64,000 nucleotides of DNA from Candidatus Latescibacterota bacterium (GCA_965208835.1 OZ242358.1:3904001-3968000), one strand, 5' to 3'. Positions 30,526 to 40,805 are shown, counted from the stretch's first letter. Numbers and translations: made by a program. Notes: generated by a model from the sequence alone, not told the origin.

Positions 30526-31449
30526 ATGAACCTGCAACACCTGAAGTACTTCCTGGCAGTCGCACGCGAGGGCAGTTTCAGCCGGGCGGCACGTGAACTG
30601 CACGTGACGCAGCCTACCGTCAGCAGCGGCGTGGCTGACCTGGAGCGTGCGCTGGGCGTGCGACTCTTCAACCGGGGCAACCGGCATGTGGGGCTGACGA
30701 TGGAAGGAAGGACGCTTGCGAATTACGGGATGCAGATCCAGGATCTGGTGGAATCGACCGAAGACCGGCTCAGACGACGGGACGTACTTCCGGGCGAGGG
30801 ATTTCAGTTCGGGGCGATCGACGCCGCCGTTACGTATCTGTTGCCTGACATCCTGAAGGCGTACATGCGGGACTTTCCTAACGTGGCGCTTTCCGTTCAG
30901 GTAGCGCCCTCCCGATATCTCGTGGACGATCTTCTGCTTAACCGCTCCGAATTCGCGGTGATTTCGCTACCGTTCGCCCATCCGAAGCTGGAAACGGTTT
31001 CCATACACCGGGACTCCATGCCCCTGGTGGCGGGGGCATCGCACCGGTTTTCCAGGCGTTCGTCCGTGGCCCTCGGAGAGATTGCTGAGGAGCCGTTGAT
31101 TCTGTTTCACGCCGACTCCGTGTCGCGAAAAATCGTGGACGAACGGTTTGCCGAAGCCGGAGTATCACCGGGCGTGGTTATGGAAATGCGGAGCCCGGAG
31201 GCCATGAGGAAGCTGGTGGAGGTGGGCGTGGGTATTTCCTTCCTGCCGCATCTGACCGTTCAGGATTCCCTGACGTCGGGGGCGCTGGTGACCGTACAGG
31301 TGACGGGTGTACGGTTCGGCCGTGAGATTGGCGTGGCCTGGCGGCAGGGGCGATATTTCGGACCCGCGATCCGGCACCTGCTGGACGCCGTCTTTGAACG
31401 GTTCGGAGTCACAGCCGACGGAATGCACGATGACCCACACGACGTTTAG
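30526..31449 (+). CDS. LysR-family transcriptional regulator
   Basis: MNLQHLKYFLAVAREGSFSRAARELHVTQPTVS HTH plus substrate-binding domain; AGGAGG RBS. Confidence 0.95.
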   Translation: MNLQHLKYFLAVAREGSFSRAARELHVTQPTVSSGVADLERALGVRLFNRGNRHVGLTMEGRTLANYGMQIQDLVESTEDRLRRRDVLPGEGFQFGAIDAAVTYLLPDILKAYMRDFPNVALSVQVAPSRYLVDDLLLNRSEFAVISLPFAHPKLETVSIHRDSMPLVAGASHRFSRRSSVALGEIAEEPLILFHADSVSRKIVDERFAEAGVSPGVVMEMRSPEAMRKLVEVGVGISFLPHLTVQDSLTSGALVTVQVTGVRFGREIGVAWRQGRYFGPAIRHLLDAVFERFGVTADGMHDDPHDV

Positions 31450-31643
31450 CCTCAATCCGAAAAAAACAGCAACGCTGCGACGCGATAAAACCCTCCGAAA
31501 CGGGGCAATATTGACGTATAGAATGACGTTTTTTCCCTTCACGTCCAGTGACCTGGTGTATCCTGGTAATCCGCCGTTTAATCGCCTTTATCAACTTGCA
31601 TATATTCGAATTAACGTCCTCGAAAAATGACGAATCCTGGTTA
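31447..31643. mobile_element. MITE-like repeat family C (~197 bp)
   Basis: Colinear with 58270-58464 (shared core TTCACGTCCAGTGACC.GGTGTATCCTGGTAATCCGC...ATCAACTTGCAT). Degenerate inverted ends TAGCC...GGTTA. Confidence 0.7.
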
Positions 31644-32813
31644 GTATTTCACGGTCATCACGTCGGTCGCCTTCAGCGCCTGTTCGATCAGCGGAGGCAG
31701 GTCGAGTCCGGGTTCGATTTCATGGACCGTCTTCAGATTGGCGCGGGTTTCCGGATGTTTGGGCACGAAGACCGTACAGCAATCTTCATAGGGCTCGATT
31801 GAAATGTCGTAGGTGCCGATACGCCGGGCAAGATCGATGATTTCCTCCTTGTTGTCCCCGGAAAGCGGGCGAAGAAGGGGAAGCGGGGTCGCTTCCTCGA
31901 TTGCGCGCATATTCGACAGGGTCTGAGAAGCGACCTGGCCGACGCTTTCGCCGGTGACAAGGGCCTGCGCGCCCTCCCGTTCGGCGATGGCTTCGGCGAT
32001 CCGCAACATGGCTCTTCGATAGAGGACCACCCTGTAACCCGGCCGTGCGTGGGTCATCACGCGGCGCTGGATCTCCACGAACGGCACCAGATACAGCGTC
32101 GACCGGTACTGGTACCGCGTCAGCACCCGTACAAGCTCCTCGGTATTGCGCTGCGAGCTTCGGTTGGTATACGGCTGGCTGTGAAAGTGCACGAACGAGA
32201 GCCGCACGCCGCGTTTCATTGTCTTGTAAGAAGCGACCGGCGAGTCGATGCCCGATGACAACAGACTGACCGCACGCTCGTTCGCGCCAACGGGAAGACC
32301 GCCGGGCCCGGATGTCTTCCCGGTATAGATGAAAGCGCCCTGGTAGGCGACTTCGATGAAACAGGTCAGGTCCGGGTCGTCCAGCATGACCCGGGCCCGG
32401 GAGAGCGTCTGGACATGGGCGCCCACGTCGCGGTTGATCTCCTCGGACGTGAGCGGGAAACTCCTGTCGCCGCGACGCGCGGCAATCTTGAACGAGCGAA
32501 AGTCCTCTTTTCGAACGGCGTCCCAGGCCCCCGTCCGCAGGTCTTCGATGGTGTTGGGGACGCGAATGGCTTCGGAAAAATTCGCAATCCCGAACACGTC
32601 AACCAGGCGCTCGCGGATGGCCTCGATTCCCGCATCCGGGGGCAGTTCCAGGATGATGCGACCGGAAAGGCGCCGGACGGCCCCGCGCGGCAGGCCTTTC
32701 AACGCGCGAGTGACGTTGGTGCACAGCTGCCGTTCGAAGCGTCCGCGGTTCCTGCCCTTCAGGCCGATTTCGTGGTAATGGATGAGAACAACGCGTTCGT
32801 GCGCGGCGCCCAT
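31641..32813 (-). CDS. thiI: tRNA 4-thiouridine synthase ThiI (no rhodanese domain)
   Basis: YHEIGLKGRNR, THUMP domain, LLSSGIDSPVA, GESVGQVASQT and EDCC motifs. Confidence 0.95.
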   Translation of the reverse strand: MGAAHERVVLIHYHEIGLKGRNRGRFERQLCTNVTRALKGLPRGAVRRLSGRIILELPPDAGIEAIRERLVDVFGIANFSEAIRVPNTIEDLRTGAWDAVRKEDFRSFKIAARRGDRSFPLTSEEINRDVGAHVQTLSRARVMLDDPDLTCFIEVAYQGAFIYTGKTSGPGGLPVGANERAVSLLSSGIDSPVASYKTMKRGVRLSFVHFHSQPYTNRSSQRNTEELVRVLTRYQYRSTLYLVPFVEIQRRVMTHARPGYRVVLYRRAMLRIAEAIAEREGAQALVTGESVGQVASQTLSNMRAIEEATPLPLLRPLSGDNKEEIIDLARRIGTYDISIEPYEDCCTVFVPKHPETRANLKTVHEIEPGLDLPPLIEQALKATDVMTVKY

Positions 32814-32921
32814 GGCGTCTCTCGGGGAAATCGATCGCGGGAAAGCAGGCCGGTTGACCCGTCCTGCGGTACGGCGGTGCAGGTCCGGCGCTCCAGGGGA
32901 TTCGACATTACATCTTCCTTA

Positions 32922-33083
32922 GCAGCCCGTTGAAAAAGTCCATCCGCGCTGCGGCCGGCCCTTGCGGTCGAAATACTGCGTTGCGCGCCCTCGCCGAATC
33001 GATGGATGGGACTCGGTTGCGCGCCTTGTCTTCGGCCACAATGGCTCGGCCTCGCCTGCAGAGCGACTTTATCAACGGACTGT
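32922..33083. mobile_element. MITE-like repeat family B (162 bp, TA-flanked)
   Basis: TA|GCAGCCCGTTGAAAAAGTC...GACTTTATCAACGGACTGT|TA. Partial second copy at 2396-2475. Confidence 0.8.
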
Positions 33084-34181
33084 TAGAAGCCAATAGAGAT
33101 TATGAAGGAAGTTGCGGTTGTCGCCGTCGACGTATATCATCTCGCCTCCCATTCGGCTGAACGACTTGCAGAACCTGAGGTAATACGCCGGGTTGTCTTT
33201 GGGAGGTTCGCCACTGGACCAATCCCAGGTCATCGGCGCGAGATCGTTGACAGCTATGAGCGGGCGTATTACGCGTTTGTTTTCCTGAATTCGTAGATTA
33301 TTGGCCAGTGAGAGGGCTTTCTCAAAGACCTGCGGCGCCATGACAGCCGAGCCACTTGAGAGGAAAACGCCCCCATCCAGATCCACCACGCCCCTAGCGA
33401 ACACCCGGAAGTCGATATCCGCGCCGCGTCCGATTGCCGCGCCATTGGCCAGGTGATGGTTGTGGATGATATCGTAGCCGATGCCCGGATGTACCGTAAG
33501 TGGCACGCCGAGACGGTATGCCTGGGCCGTGACGGACGCATCCTTGAAAGGGTGTTCCACGCGGCAGCGGCCGGAAGGAATGCCGAAACGGGAGACGACC
33601 TGGAGCAGTTCGGCGTACGCGGGCATTGCGGGTGAGTCCGTGGGGACTGCGGCCCATTCGCGCAGGGCGGATACCAGGTCGTCGCGGCCGGGGATATCGC
33701 AGCCGTCTTCCGAAATGAACTTCCCCAGCGATTCGCCGTAGCCCCTGCCCTCCAGCGCACCGGCGAGAACGGCCAGATGGATGTATCGGCCGGTTTCCTC
33801 CCACGTACCGAAACACCCCGTCGCGACATTTGCCCGCACGTCTTCTTCGGAACGCCCCTGAAAGGCATACTCCCAGTCGTGAATCGTTCCGGCGCCGTTG
33901 GTGGCCAGATGGGTGATCCAACCGCCCTCCATCAGACGGGTCACGACCGGCCCCAGGCCGTTCTTGACCAGATGGGCGCCGTACGCCAGCATGACGGAGG
34001 CGCCCCGCCGCCTGGCGTCGCGGATTTCTTCGGCAACGCGCCGCAGCCTGTCCGCCAGCAGCCCGGAGCCGGGCGCAGGCGCGTCGGGATCGACCATGAT
34101 CTCGTCGATCGAGAACTTGCTCCGCCTCTCCGACAGAGATCTGAGGACGAGATCCCGATGGTCAATCTGTTGATACGGCAT
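33072..34181 (-). CDS. Conserved hypothetical protein, deoxyhypusine-synthase-like fold
   Basis: GAHLVKNG, HLATNGAGTIHD.E, VHPGIGYDIIH and GSAVMAPQVFEKA motifs. Function not established. Confidence 0.6.
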   Translation of the reverse strand: MPYQQIDHRDLVLRSLSERRSKFSIDEIMVDPDAPAPGSGLLADRLRRVAEEIRDARRRGASVMLAYGAHLVKNGLGPVVTRLMEGGWITHLATNGAGTIHDWEYAFQGRSEEDVRANVATGCFGTWEETGRYIHLAVLAGALEGRGYGESLGKFISEDGCDIPGRDDLVSALREWAAVPTDSPAMPAYAELLQVVSRFGIPSGRCRVEHPFKDASVTAQAYRLGVPLTVHPGIGYDIIHNHHLANGAAIGRGADIDFRVFARGVVDLDGGVFLSSGSAVMAPQVFEKALSLANNLRIQENKRVIRPLIAVNDLAPMTWDWSSGEPPKDNPAYYLRFCKSFSRMGGEMIYVDGDNRNFLHNLYWLLTVR

Positions 34182-34193
34182 GAGCCTGCTTGC

Positions 34194-34619
34194 CTATTTG
34201 GCCACCCAGCCCCGCTTGAGTGGGACGTCGGGAGATTCCAGGACGCCGCCGTAGATCGTCACGGCGGTGATTTTTCCGTTCTGCATCCGGCACATATGCA
34301 CTTCGGTGGCATCCAGCTGTTTGCCGTACATTGCTTCGGGCAGTCCGGGAAGAGGCTGGTTTACGATACCCGTGAAGTGAAACTCCACAGCGGCCATGTC
34401 GTGGTCAGCGACGATATTGAGAATTTCGAGCTGCATGTCCCGCTCTTCCTCGTGACAGCCCTGCCAGAGCGCTACCAGCTTATCCGCACCCCGGATGTTC
34501 AGTGCGCCGCCGACCATGGTCGCGTCGTCGGCGTAGGTTTCGCGAAGTCGCTTCCAGTCACAGGCGAAGGCGGCTTCGAGGGACTCCCGTGCAATTCGAG
34601 CGTTGTTTTCGGCGGACAT
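34194..34619 (-). CDS. SnoaL/NTF2-like (ester cyclase family) protein
   Basis: MSAENN...YADDA...GADK...GKI pattern; AGGGAG RBS. Confidence 0.75.
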   Translation of the reverse strand: MSAENNARIARESLEAAFACDWKRLRETYADDATMVGGALNIRGADKLVALWQGCHEEERDMQLEILNIVADHDMAAVEFHFTGIVNQPLPGLPEAMYGKQLDATEVHMCRMQNGKITAVTIYGGVLESPDVPLKRGWVAK

Positions 34620-34659
34620 TCGCATCTCCCTTTGTAGTTGCCGGATCGTAGCCCTCTCT

Positions 34660-35448
34660 CTATTCCACGTCGGCGCCGATCCGGTATTGTTCGAGATTTC
34701 CCCTGTATTGCAGACCGAGAATCTCACGGGACCGTGCGACATTGCACGTTTTTTCGGCACCCGGCGTCCCCACGACGTGGAATACGTCGAAGTCTATATC
34801 CTGGGACTCCAGGCCCAGCCGGCAGGCTTCCGCGAGGTCGTGGCGGCACACCCAGCCCTGGCGGTAGGGGCGCGCTTCCGTACCCAGTTTTTCCCTGTAG
34901 CGGCCGATCCCGAGCCTGCTGTCAACGATGTAATCAGGCCGGAGCACGATGATGCGCAGCCCGAACGCGTCGTAAAACTGCCGGCACATCTCTTCCTGGA
35001 GGCGTTTCGTGACGCCGTAGAGGCCGCCGTCGGGACGCCTGACGTCGGCCGAGAAGAAGATGCCCCCGGGATGGGCGGTCTGGCACGAACCGATGTGCAC
35101 GATTCTCCCGATGCCGTGCCGCCGGGCGGATTCCAGCACGTTCCAGAGCCCCTTGACGTTGATAAGGAAGGGCTTTGCGTCGTCTGTGCCATGGGCGCCG
35201 GGTTCGTCCGAGTGGTACACCGCCATGTGCAGAACCGCGTCCATGCCCGCCACGGCACGATGAACGGCATCGAAATCCACGATATCACCGTGCACGACGT
35301 CGCCGCCCGTCCACTCGCCGTCGGTATCGTTCCAGGCTTGCCAGGCCTGCGGGCCGTAGTCGAAAGCCCGGATCCGATGGTTCCCGTCCAAAGCGGCCAG
35401 CGCCGCCCTTCCCAGCCAGCCCGCCGCGCCGAATACGACAATGTTCAT
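34660..35448 (-). CDS. NAD-dependent epimerase/dehydrogenase (uronate dehydrogenase-like)
   Basis: GAAGWLG Rossmann motif and YGVTK catalytic motif. Confidence 0.85.
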   Translation of the reverse strand: MNIVVFGAAGWLGRAALAALDGNHRIRAFDYGPQAWQAWNDTDGEWTGGDVVHGDIVDFDAVHRAVAGMDAVLHMAVYHSDEPGAHGTDDAKPFLINVKGLWNVLESARRHGIGRIVHIGSCQTAHPGGIFFSADVRRPDGGLYGVTKRLQEEMCRQFYDAFGLRIIVLRPDYIVDSRLGIGRYREKLGTEARPYRQGWVCRHDLAEACRLGLESQDIDFDVFHVVGTPGAEKTCNVARSREILGLQYRGNLEQYRIGADVE

Positions 35449-35478
35449 CTTCCTGGCTCCCCTCGCAATGAACAGGTG

Positions 35479-36885
35479 TCAGAACTTCTCCCCTGCAAGT
35501 CCGTATTTCCTGTAATAGTGACGAAATTGATCGTAGCTCAAGCTGAGCGACTCGGCCGCCTTGCGCTGGTTCCAGTTTGCGCGGCTCAGCGCGCTTCTGA
35601 GCAGGCCGAGTTCAAATGCCGTGACCTGATCGTCAAACCCGTCTCCGGGTGCGGCCACGGCCTCGCTGGTGATTTCCGGCGGCAGGTCCCGCGGCTCGAT
35701 GGACGCGCCCGTTGCCATGCACGCGGCGCGTTCGACGGCGAATTTGAGCTCACGCACGTTTCCAGGCCACGCGTAACCCAACAGCTGGCGCAGGGCGCTT
35801 TCCGAAAACGGTCGGGCCTCGAGGCCCGGCACCTCCCGGACGATCTGTTCGACGAAAAATCCGGCGAGCGGATGGATGTCTTCACGACGCTCCCGAAGCG
35901 GAGGAATGCGGATGATTTCAAAACGCAGGCGGTCGTAGAGATCCTGCCGGAAACGGCCTTCACCAATCTCGCGCTCGAGGTTGGCATTCGTGGCGGCAAT
36001 GATACGTACGTCCACGCTGGTCGGCGCGGCGCCACCCACCCGTTGAATTTCCTGGTACTCGATGGCGCGCAAGACGTTCTGCTGGAACTCGGGCGTGGTG
36101 TTGCCGATCTCGTCCAGCAACAGAGTGCCGCCGTTTGCCGCTTCAAACCGGCCCGGCCGGGCTTCCGTGGCTCCGGTAAAGGCGCCTTTCTCATGGCCGA
36201 AGAGCTCGCTTTCCAGGAGGTTGGCGGAAAGGGCGGCGCAGTTGACTTTGACGAATGGACGATCTCTTCGTAACCCGCCGTAGTGGATCGCTGCGGCTAC
36301 GAGTTCCTTTCCGGTTCCGGGTTCGCCGAGAACCAGGACCGGTCGGGGTATGGAAGCGATGCGCTCTGCCTGTTGCATAATCCGCAGCATCTGGGAGCTG
36401 GCGTTTACCGTCCGGTACTTCTTCCCGAATTCGTCCCGGTAGAAACGGTTCTCCCGGTCCAGATCCTTTACCCTGGCCTGGAGGCGCGCGTTCTCCTTGA
36501 GTACGGCAAGTACGCGGTCGAGTTTTTCGAGGCTGAGTTCGAGCCTGTCCTCTATATAGAAATCCTTCTCGATAAAGTCGGAAGCACCCATGCGCAGGGC
36601 CGCAACGGCATTTTCCACGGTGCCCTTGCCCGTGAGGATAATGACCGGCAAATCGGGTGCGAGATCGCGAATCTGGCGAAGGATTTCGAGACCGTCCGGC
36701 TCGGCCGGTCCGAAATCGATATCCAGAATGGCCATGTCAACGTCCGAAACGTGCTTTCGCAGGTACGCAAAGGCGGCTCTTCCTGTTGGGAAAGCCCTCA
36801 CGATCCGGCCATCAACCTGAAGGCTTCGCGTGAGCATGCCCAGGATTTCGGACTGGTCGTCTGCGACAACGATTTGCGGGTTCAT
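35479..36885 (-). CDS. Sigma-54-dependent response regulator (REC-AAA+-HTH), PspF-like
   Basis: ADD...LDI...TG...EK receiver, [31 protein letters not shown] and [17 protein letters not shown] motifs. Confidence 0.92.
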   Translation of the reverse strand: MNPQIVVADDQSEILGMLTRSLQVDGRIVRAFPTGRAAFAYLRKHVSDVDMAILDIDFGPAEPDGLEILRQIRDLAPDLPVIILTGKGTVENAVAALRMGASDFIEKDFYIEDRLELSLEKLDRVLAVLKENARLQARVKDLDRENRFYRDEFGKKYRTVNASSQMLRIMQQAERIASIPRPVLVLGEPGTGKELVAAAIHYGGLRRDRPFVKVNCAALSANLLESELFGHEKGAFTGATEARPGRFEAANGGTLLLDEIGNTTPEFQQNVLRAIEYQEIQRVGGAAPTSVDVRIIAATNANLEREIGEGRFRQDLYDRLRFEIIRIPPLRERREDIHPLAGFFVEQIVREVPGLEARPFSESALRQLLGYAWPGNVRELKFAVERAACMATGASIEPRDLPPEITSEAVAAPGDGFDDQVTAFELGLLRSALSRANWNQRKAAESLSLSYDQFRHYYRKYGLAGEKF

Positions 36886-36888
36886 GAC

Positions 36889-38517
36889 TTACTCGATGAA
36901 TTCCTCGGCCAGCGGCAGCCTGGATGAAGATATCGGATCGCCGCTCCAGCCGATGCTGTCTGTTTCGGAAACGAGTTCGAAGTCCACCGGAATGTCGATG
37001 CGAAACACGGCTCCGGCGCCCGGTCTGCTGATCATGCGCAGGTTTCCCCTGTGGGCGGACACGATGCGCGAGCAGATGCTCAGGCCGAATCCATTGCCCT
37101 TTTCTTTGGTTGAGAACCCGGGATCGAAGATTCTGCCCTGGATCTCTTCCGATATGCCGGGCCCGTCGTCTTCCACTTCGATGAAAACCGAAGCCCGCTT
37201 ATTGTCGTAGCCGGCCTGTACCGTGACCACACCCTCCTCGTCTACGGCGTCCAGTGCGTTCAGAATCAGGTTGGTGACGGCTTCCCGCAACATGCCGGGG
37301 TCGACCTTGACCTGCGGAACCTGCGGCTCGTACACGAAGCGGAGCAACGCACCGCCGGTACGGGTAGAGACTGTCTCCCTGATTCTGCCCAACAACGGCG
37401 GAACGTCAACCAGTGTGGGGTTCAACGGGTCCTGCTTCATGCTGCGCAGATAGGCGACCCATTGGTCGTAGATGTGCTCCTGGTCCCGGGCGATCCCTGT
37501 CAGATCATCGAGAAATCTGTCTTCCTGCGGGACCCTTCGAATCAGCCGGCGTGTACGACTCCCGACCAGTCCCATCAGGTTCTTTATCTGGTGGCCCCGC
37601 GTGTACAGGCTCTCACCCACCTGCACACGCCCCATGTCGATGAGTTCGAGGGATAACCGTGCCAGAACCGAGGCTGCCTTTGCGCCGAACTCTTCGATGA
37701 TGGTCGTATATTCCTGCTCCATCTGCGCCGAACTCTTGTGATCGAACAAGAGATGCGCCAGGTTTCTGTAGGGCAGCGCGTAGTCCGGCTCGAGCTGGAT
37801 GGCTATCTTGAATGCGCCAAGTGCCTGGAGGGTCTGACCCGCTTGCATGAGCAGAACCCCAAGGTTGTTGTGACCCGGCGCGAACAGCGGATTCGCTTCA
37901 AGACCGCGACGGTAAACCATGATCGCTTCATCGACGTTTTCCGGAAGGTCGTCGAGGAAGCTGGCGAGCAGGAAGCAGGTGCCGTCCACGTTGCCGAAGG
38001 GCACCCCCCGATCCACGGCATCCAGAATATAACGAAGCGCGTCGACCGCCTGTTGCCGACCCGTCGATCCCGATTCCGCGCCCTCTGCCCGCAAGAGCGC
38101 CAGTTGAAAGTGCGCCGCCAGATGGTCAGGATCAAACCTGGTGGCGGCTTCGAGGTCCTTCAGTCCCCCTTTGAATCCGCCCTTGATCCGGCACAGGCCC
38201 ATCTTGAAATGCATGTCCGCGGCGCGGTCCGGGACAAGATCCAGGCAGACGGTAAAGCAGTCCAGCGCGTCCCCCCAACTGCCCTGTCTGAAGTGTACAA
38301 CGCCCAGGTTATGGCGCGCCCGCACATTCCCGGCATCCTCCGTCAATGCCGCCAGGTAGGCTGCTTCGGCACTCGCCAGGTCGCCAGTTTCCATCGCGTT
38401 GTCGCCGCCACGGCAGTGCCTCCGGGCGTCGGCATTCCCGGATTCAGGCAGGGTCCGGGCGATACCGATACGGTCGGACGGGGCCGGCGCGTTGTCCGGT
38501 AATTCGGATTTATTCAA
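36889..38517 (-). CDS. Soluble histidine kinase with N-terminal TPRs
   Basis: HNLG/HNNLG TPRs, H-box GHQIKN, NLILNA, EDDGPGI, FDPGFSTK and GFGL. No TM segment seen. Confidence 0.88.
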   Translation of the reverse strand: MNKSELPDNAPAPSDRIGIARTLPESGNADARRHCRGGDNAMETGDLASAEAAYLAALTEDAGNVRARHNLGVVHFRQGSWGDALDCFTVCLDLVPDRAADMHFKMGLCRIKGGFKGGLKDLEAATRFDPDHLAAHFQLALLRAEGAESGSTGRQQAVDALRYILDAVDRGVPFGNVDGTCFLLASFLDDLPENVDEAIMVYRRGLEANPLFAPGHNNLGVLLMQAGQTLQALGAFKIAIQLEPDYALPYRNLAHLLFDHKSSAQMEQEYTTIIEEFGAKAASVLARLSLELIDMGRVQVGESLYTRGHQIKNLMGLVGSRTRRLIRRVPQEDRFLDDLTGIARDQEHIYDQWVAYLRSMKQDPLNPTLVDVPPLLGRIRETVSTRTGGALLRFVYEPQVPQVKVDPGMLREAVTNLILNALDAVDEEGVVTVQAGYDNKRASVFIEVEDDGPGISEEIQGRIFDPGFSTKEKGNGFGLSICSRIVSAHRGNLRMISRPGAGAVFRIDIPVDFELVSETDSIGWSGDPISSSRLPLAEEFIE

Positions 38518-38542
38518 TCGGTTACACCTCGATCAAACGGGT

Positions 38543-40057
38543 TTATTCAGAGGCTTTTTCGGTTTTGTCTTCAGTGCCGTCCGCCGGATTCATCCCGCCT
38601 GCCATCCTGCCCAGAAACTCCGGCAGTTCCAGACCCGCCAGTTTTGCCAGTTCGTGCATGGGAGGAATGGCGCCCATCAGACGCTGACCGAGGTTGGTCA
38701 TACCTCCCTGTCCGTTGCCGCCGTCCCAGACCACGATCTTTTCCAGCGGGAGATTCCGAATGGCTTCGGCCTGTATGCCCGCAACCTCGGTCAACCGCTC
38801 CACGATGAGGAAGGCGGCGGCAGCCTGGTCCTTTCCGCCGCACGCGGCAACCAACTCCTTATAACCTTCGGCCTTGGCATCAAGGATGGCCTGGGTGCCC
38901 TCTGCTTCGGCCCTCCTCTCCGCCAGAATCGCGGCGGCCTCGCCTTCAGCCACAAGTGTTTTTCGGGTTTTCTCCGCCTCGGCCTGCACAACCAGCTTCT
39001 GTTTCTGCGCCTCGGCCTCTACGACGATTTCGGCCCTGAGTCGGGCTTCTTCGCGCAGCGACCGGGCTTCCTCGGCCTCTCTCTCCGCCTTTTCCTGGGC
39101 GACCCGGATGGCGCCGTCGGCGGCCTTGGCCGCCTCCTGTCCCGTCTGGCGCGCGACCTCTTCTGCTACCGTCTGCTGCGCCATGTAACCGGCCTTTTTT
39201 GAATCGGCCTCAGCCTCGGCCTGCACCGCTTCCGCGTCCAGAGCAGAGACCATCTGGCGTTTGTTTCTGGTGGCCTCCGCCTCCCCGATCTGGGCTTCGG
39301 ATTCCAGTGCGGCAACCCTCTGTCGCCTGTCCGTGGCGGCTTCCGCCTCGCCGATATCGGCGGCCGCGTTCGCGGCAGCCACGTCCGTACGCTGGTCACG
39401 CTCCCGTTCGGCCACACCCACCTTGCCCATTTTCTCCTGCTCGGCCACGTCGATGGCCGCCTGGTTGATGGCTTCGGCAGCCGCTTTCTGACCAAGGGCC
39501 TTGATATAGCCGCTCTCGTCTTCGATATCCTTGATATTCACATTGATCACGGAGAGACCGATTTTCTCCATTTCGGTTGACACGGCGTCATTGACCTTGG
39601 ACATAAACGCCTGCCGGTCCCGGTTGATTTCTTCGATTTCCATTGTGGCGATCACCGCCCGCATCTGGCCGAGGATGATATCCTGCGCCTGACTCTCGAT
39701 CTGTTCGCGCGAAAGACCCAACAGTCGGATTGCCGCATTTTGCATCACGCCGGTCTGATTTGAAACCGCTGCCGTGACGGTTGTGGGAACCGACACACGG
39801 ATGTTCTCCTGGGAAAGCGCGTTGTCCAGGTCTATGGGAACGACGAACGGCTCCAGGTCCAGATACTCGTAGTCCTGAAGGAGCGGAAGGACGAAGGCAG
39901 CGCCCCCATGTACGCACTTTGCGGCCCCTTTTCCGGTCTTTCCGTAGACGACCAGTATCTTGTTGGAGGGACACCGTTTGTACCTGGAAATGAACGTCAC
40001 GAACAGAAGAAACACCACCAGCAGCAAAATGATCGTTAGAATCGTCTCGGTTGCCAT
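38543..40057 (-). CDS. Flotillin (SPFH + coiled coil)
   Basis: N-terminal TM, RYKRCPSNKILVVYG, GGAAFVLP and INVNIKDI motifs, long EA-rich coiled coil. Confidence 0.93.
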   Translation of the reverse strand: MATETILTIILLLVVFLLFVTFISRYKRCPSNKILVVYGKTGKGAAKCVHGGAAFVLPLLQDYEYLDLEPFVVPIDLDNALSQENIRVSVPTTVTAAVSNQTGVMQNAAIRLLGLSREQIESQAQDIILGQMRAVIATMEIEEINRDRQAFMSKVNDAVSTEMEKIGLSVINVNIKDIEDESGYIKALGQKAAAEAINQAAIDVAEQEKMGKVGVAERERDQRTDVAAANAAADIGEAEAATDRRQRVAALESEAQIGEAEATRNKRQMVSALDAEAVQAEAEADSKKAGYMAQQTVAEEVARQTGQEAAKAADGAIRVAQEKAEREAEEARSLREEARLRAEIVVEAEAQKQKLVVQAEAEKTRKTLVAEGEAAAILAERRAEAEGTQAILDAKAEGYKELVAACGGKDQAAAAFLIVERLTEVAGIQAEAIRNLPLEKIVVWDGGNGQGGMTNLGQRLMGAIPPMHELAKLAGLELPEFLGRMAGGMNPADGTEDKTEKASE

Positions 40058-40208
40058 CGCAATCCCTCCTCAAATGAATATTCCACCATTGAACGAGATC
40101 ACTCCCGGGGGAGGATTCCAACCGGTTTCAATTCTCGATCCTTCTTCCGCGTTGTCGCGGGCCCGCAATCAGGACACTGCAAGCAAGGAGTTCGGAACCG
40201 GAAGTCAA

Positions 40209-40805
40209 TCAGGACGTGATGGGCTCGACCTCAAGCGTGGTTGGACTAACCACCCGGAGAATGCGGACAGGCGTTTTGGCCGAGACCGGCATGCCGTTTT
40301 TTCCGCGGGCAGATACGTAGGCGACCGTCCCGCTCTCTATCACCCGGACCTGCCCTGTGCCGCCCTCCGGTATATCCAGATACACTTCTCCCGACGTGCC
40401 GACGCAGGTATCCAGGCTGGCATTTCCAGTCTCGGTGAGCTGCCGGATGCCGTGGAAGAAATAGGCCACGACCGCCATGCCCGCGCTGCCCCAGACAAGC
40501 GCGTAGACAAGGGCGGTTCGAACTTCCAGCCCTCTTTGCAGATAGAGAGCGCCGGCCCACCCGAACAGCATGCCAAAGGCAATGAGAGACCTGATAGAAA
40601 GCAGCTTGAAAGAGGCAACCGTACCGTCGTTGAACTCCGGCCCGGAATCGCCGAAGTTCGCATCTCCAGACACGGCCGCGTCCGCACCTCCTCCGAGACC
40701 GAGCAAAGCCGCCAGGAGTTGCCAGACGAAAAACGCACTGAAGAAAATCGCCACGACGTAGAAAATCTGGTTGAGTACGGTCAGTTCCATCCACCAGCTA
40801 TCCAT
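40209..40805 (-). CDS. NfeD-like membrane protein, flotillin partner
   Basis: Three TMs with S.RS..AF..FGW.G motif and OB-fold tail (GEVYLDIP...GQVRV). Lies directly upstream of flotillin. Confidence 0.85.
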   Translation of the reverse strand: MDSWWMELTVLNQIFYVVAIFFSAFFVWQLLAALLGLGGGADAAVSGDANFGDSGPEFNDGTVASFKLLSIRSLIAFGMLFGWAGALYLQRGLEVRTALVYALVWGSAGMAVVAYFFHGIRQLTETGNASLDTCVGTSGEVYLDIPEGGTGQVRVIESGTVAYVSARGKNGMPVSAKTPVRILRVVSPTTLEVEPITS

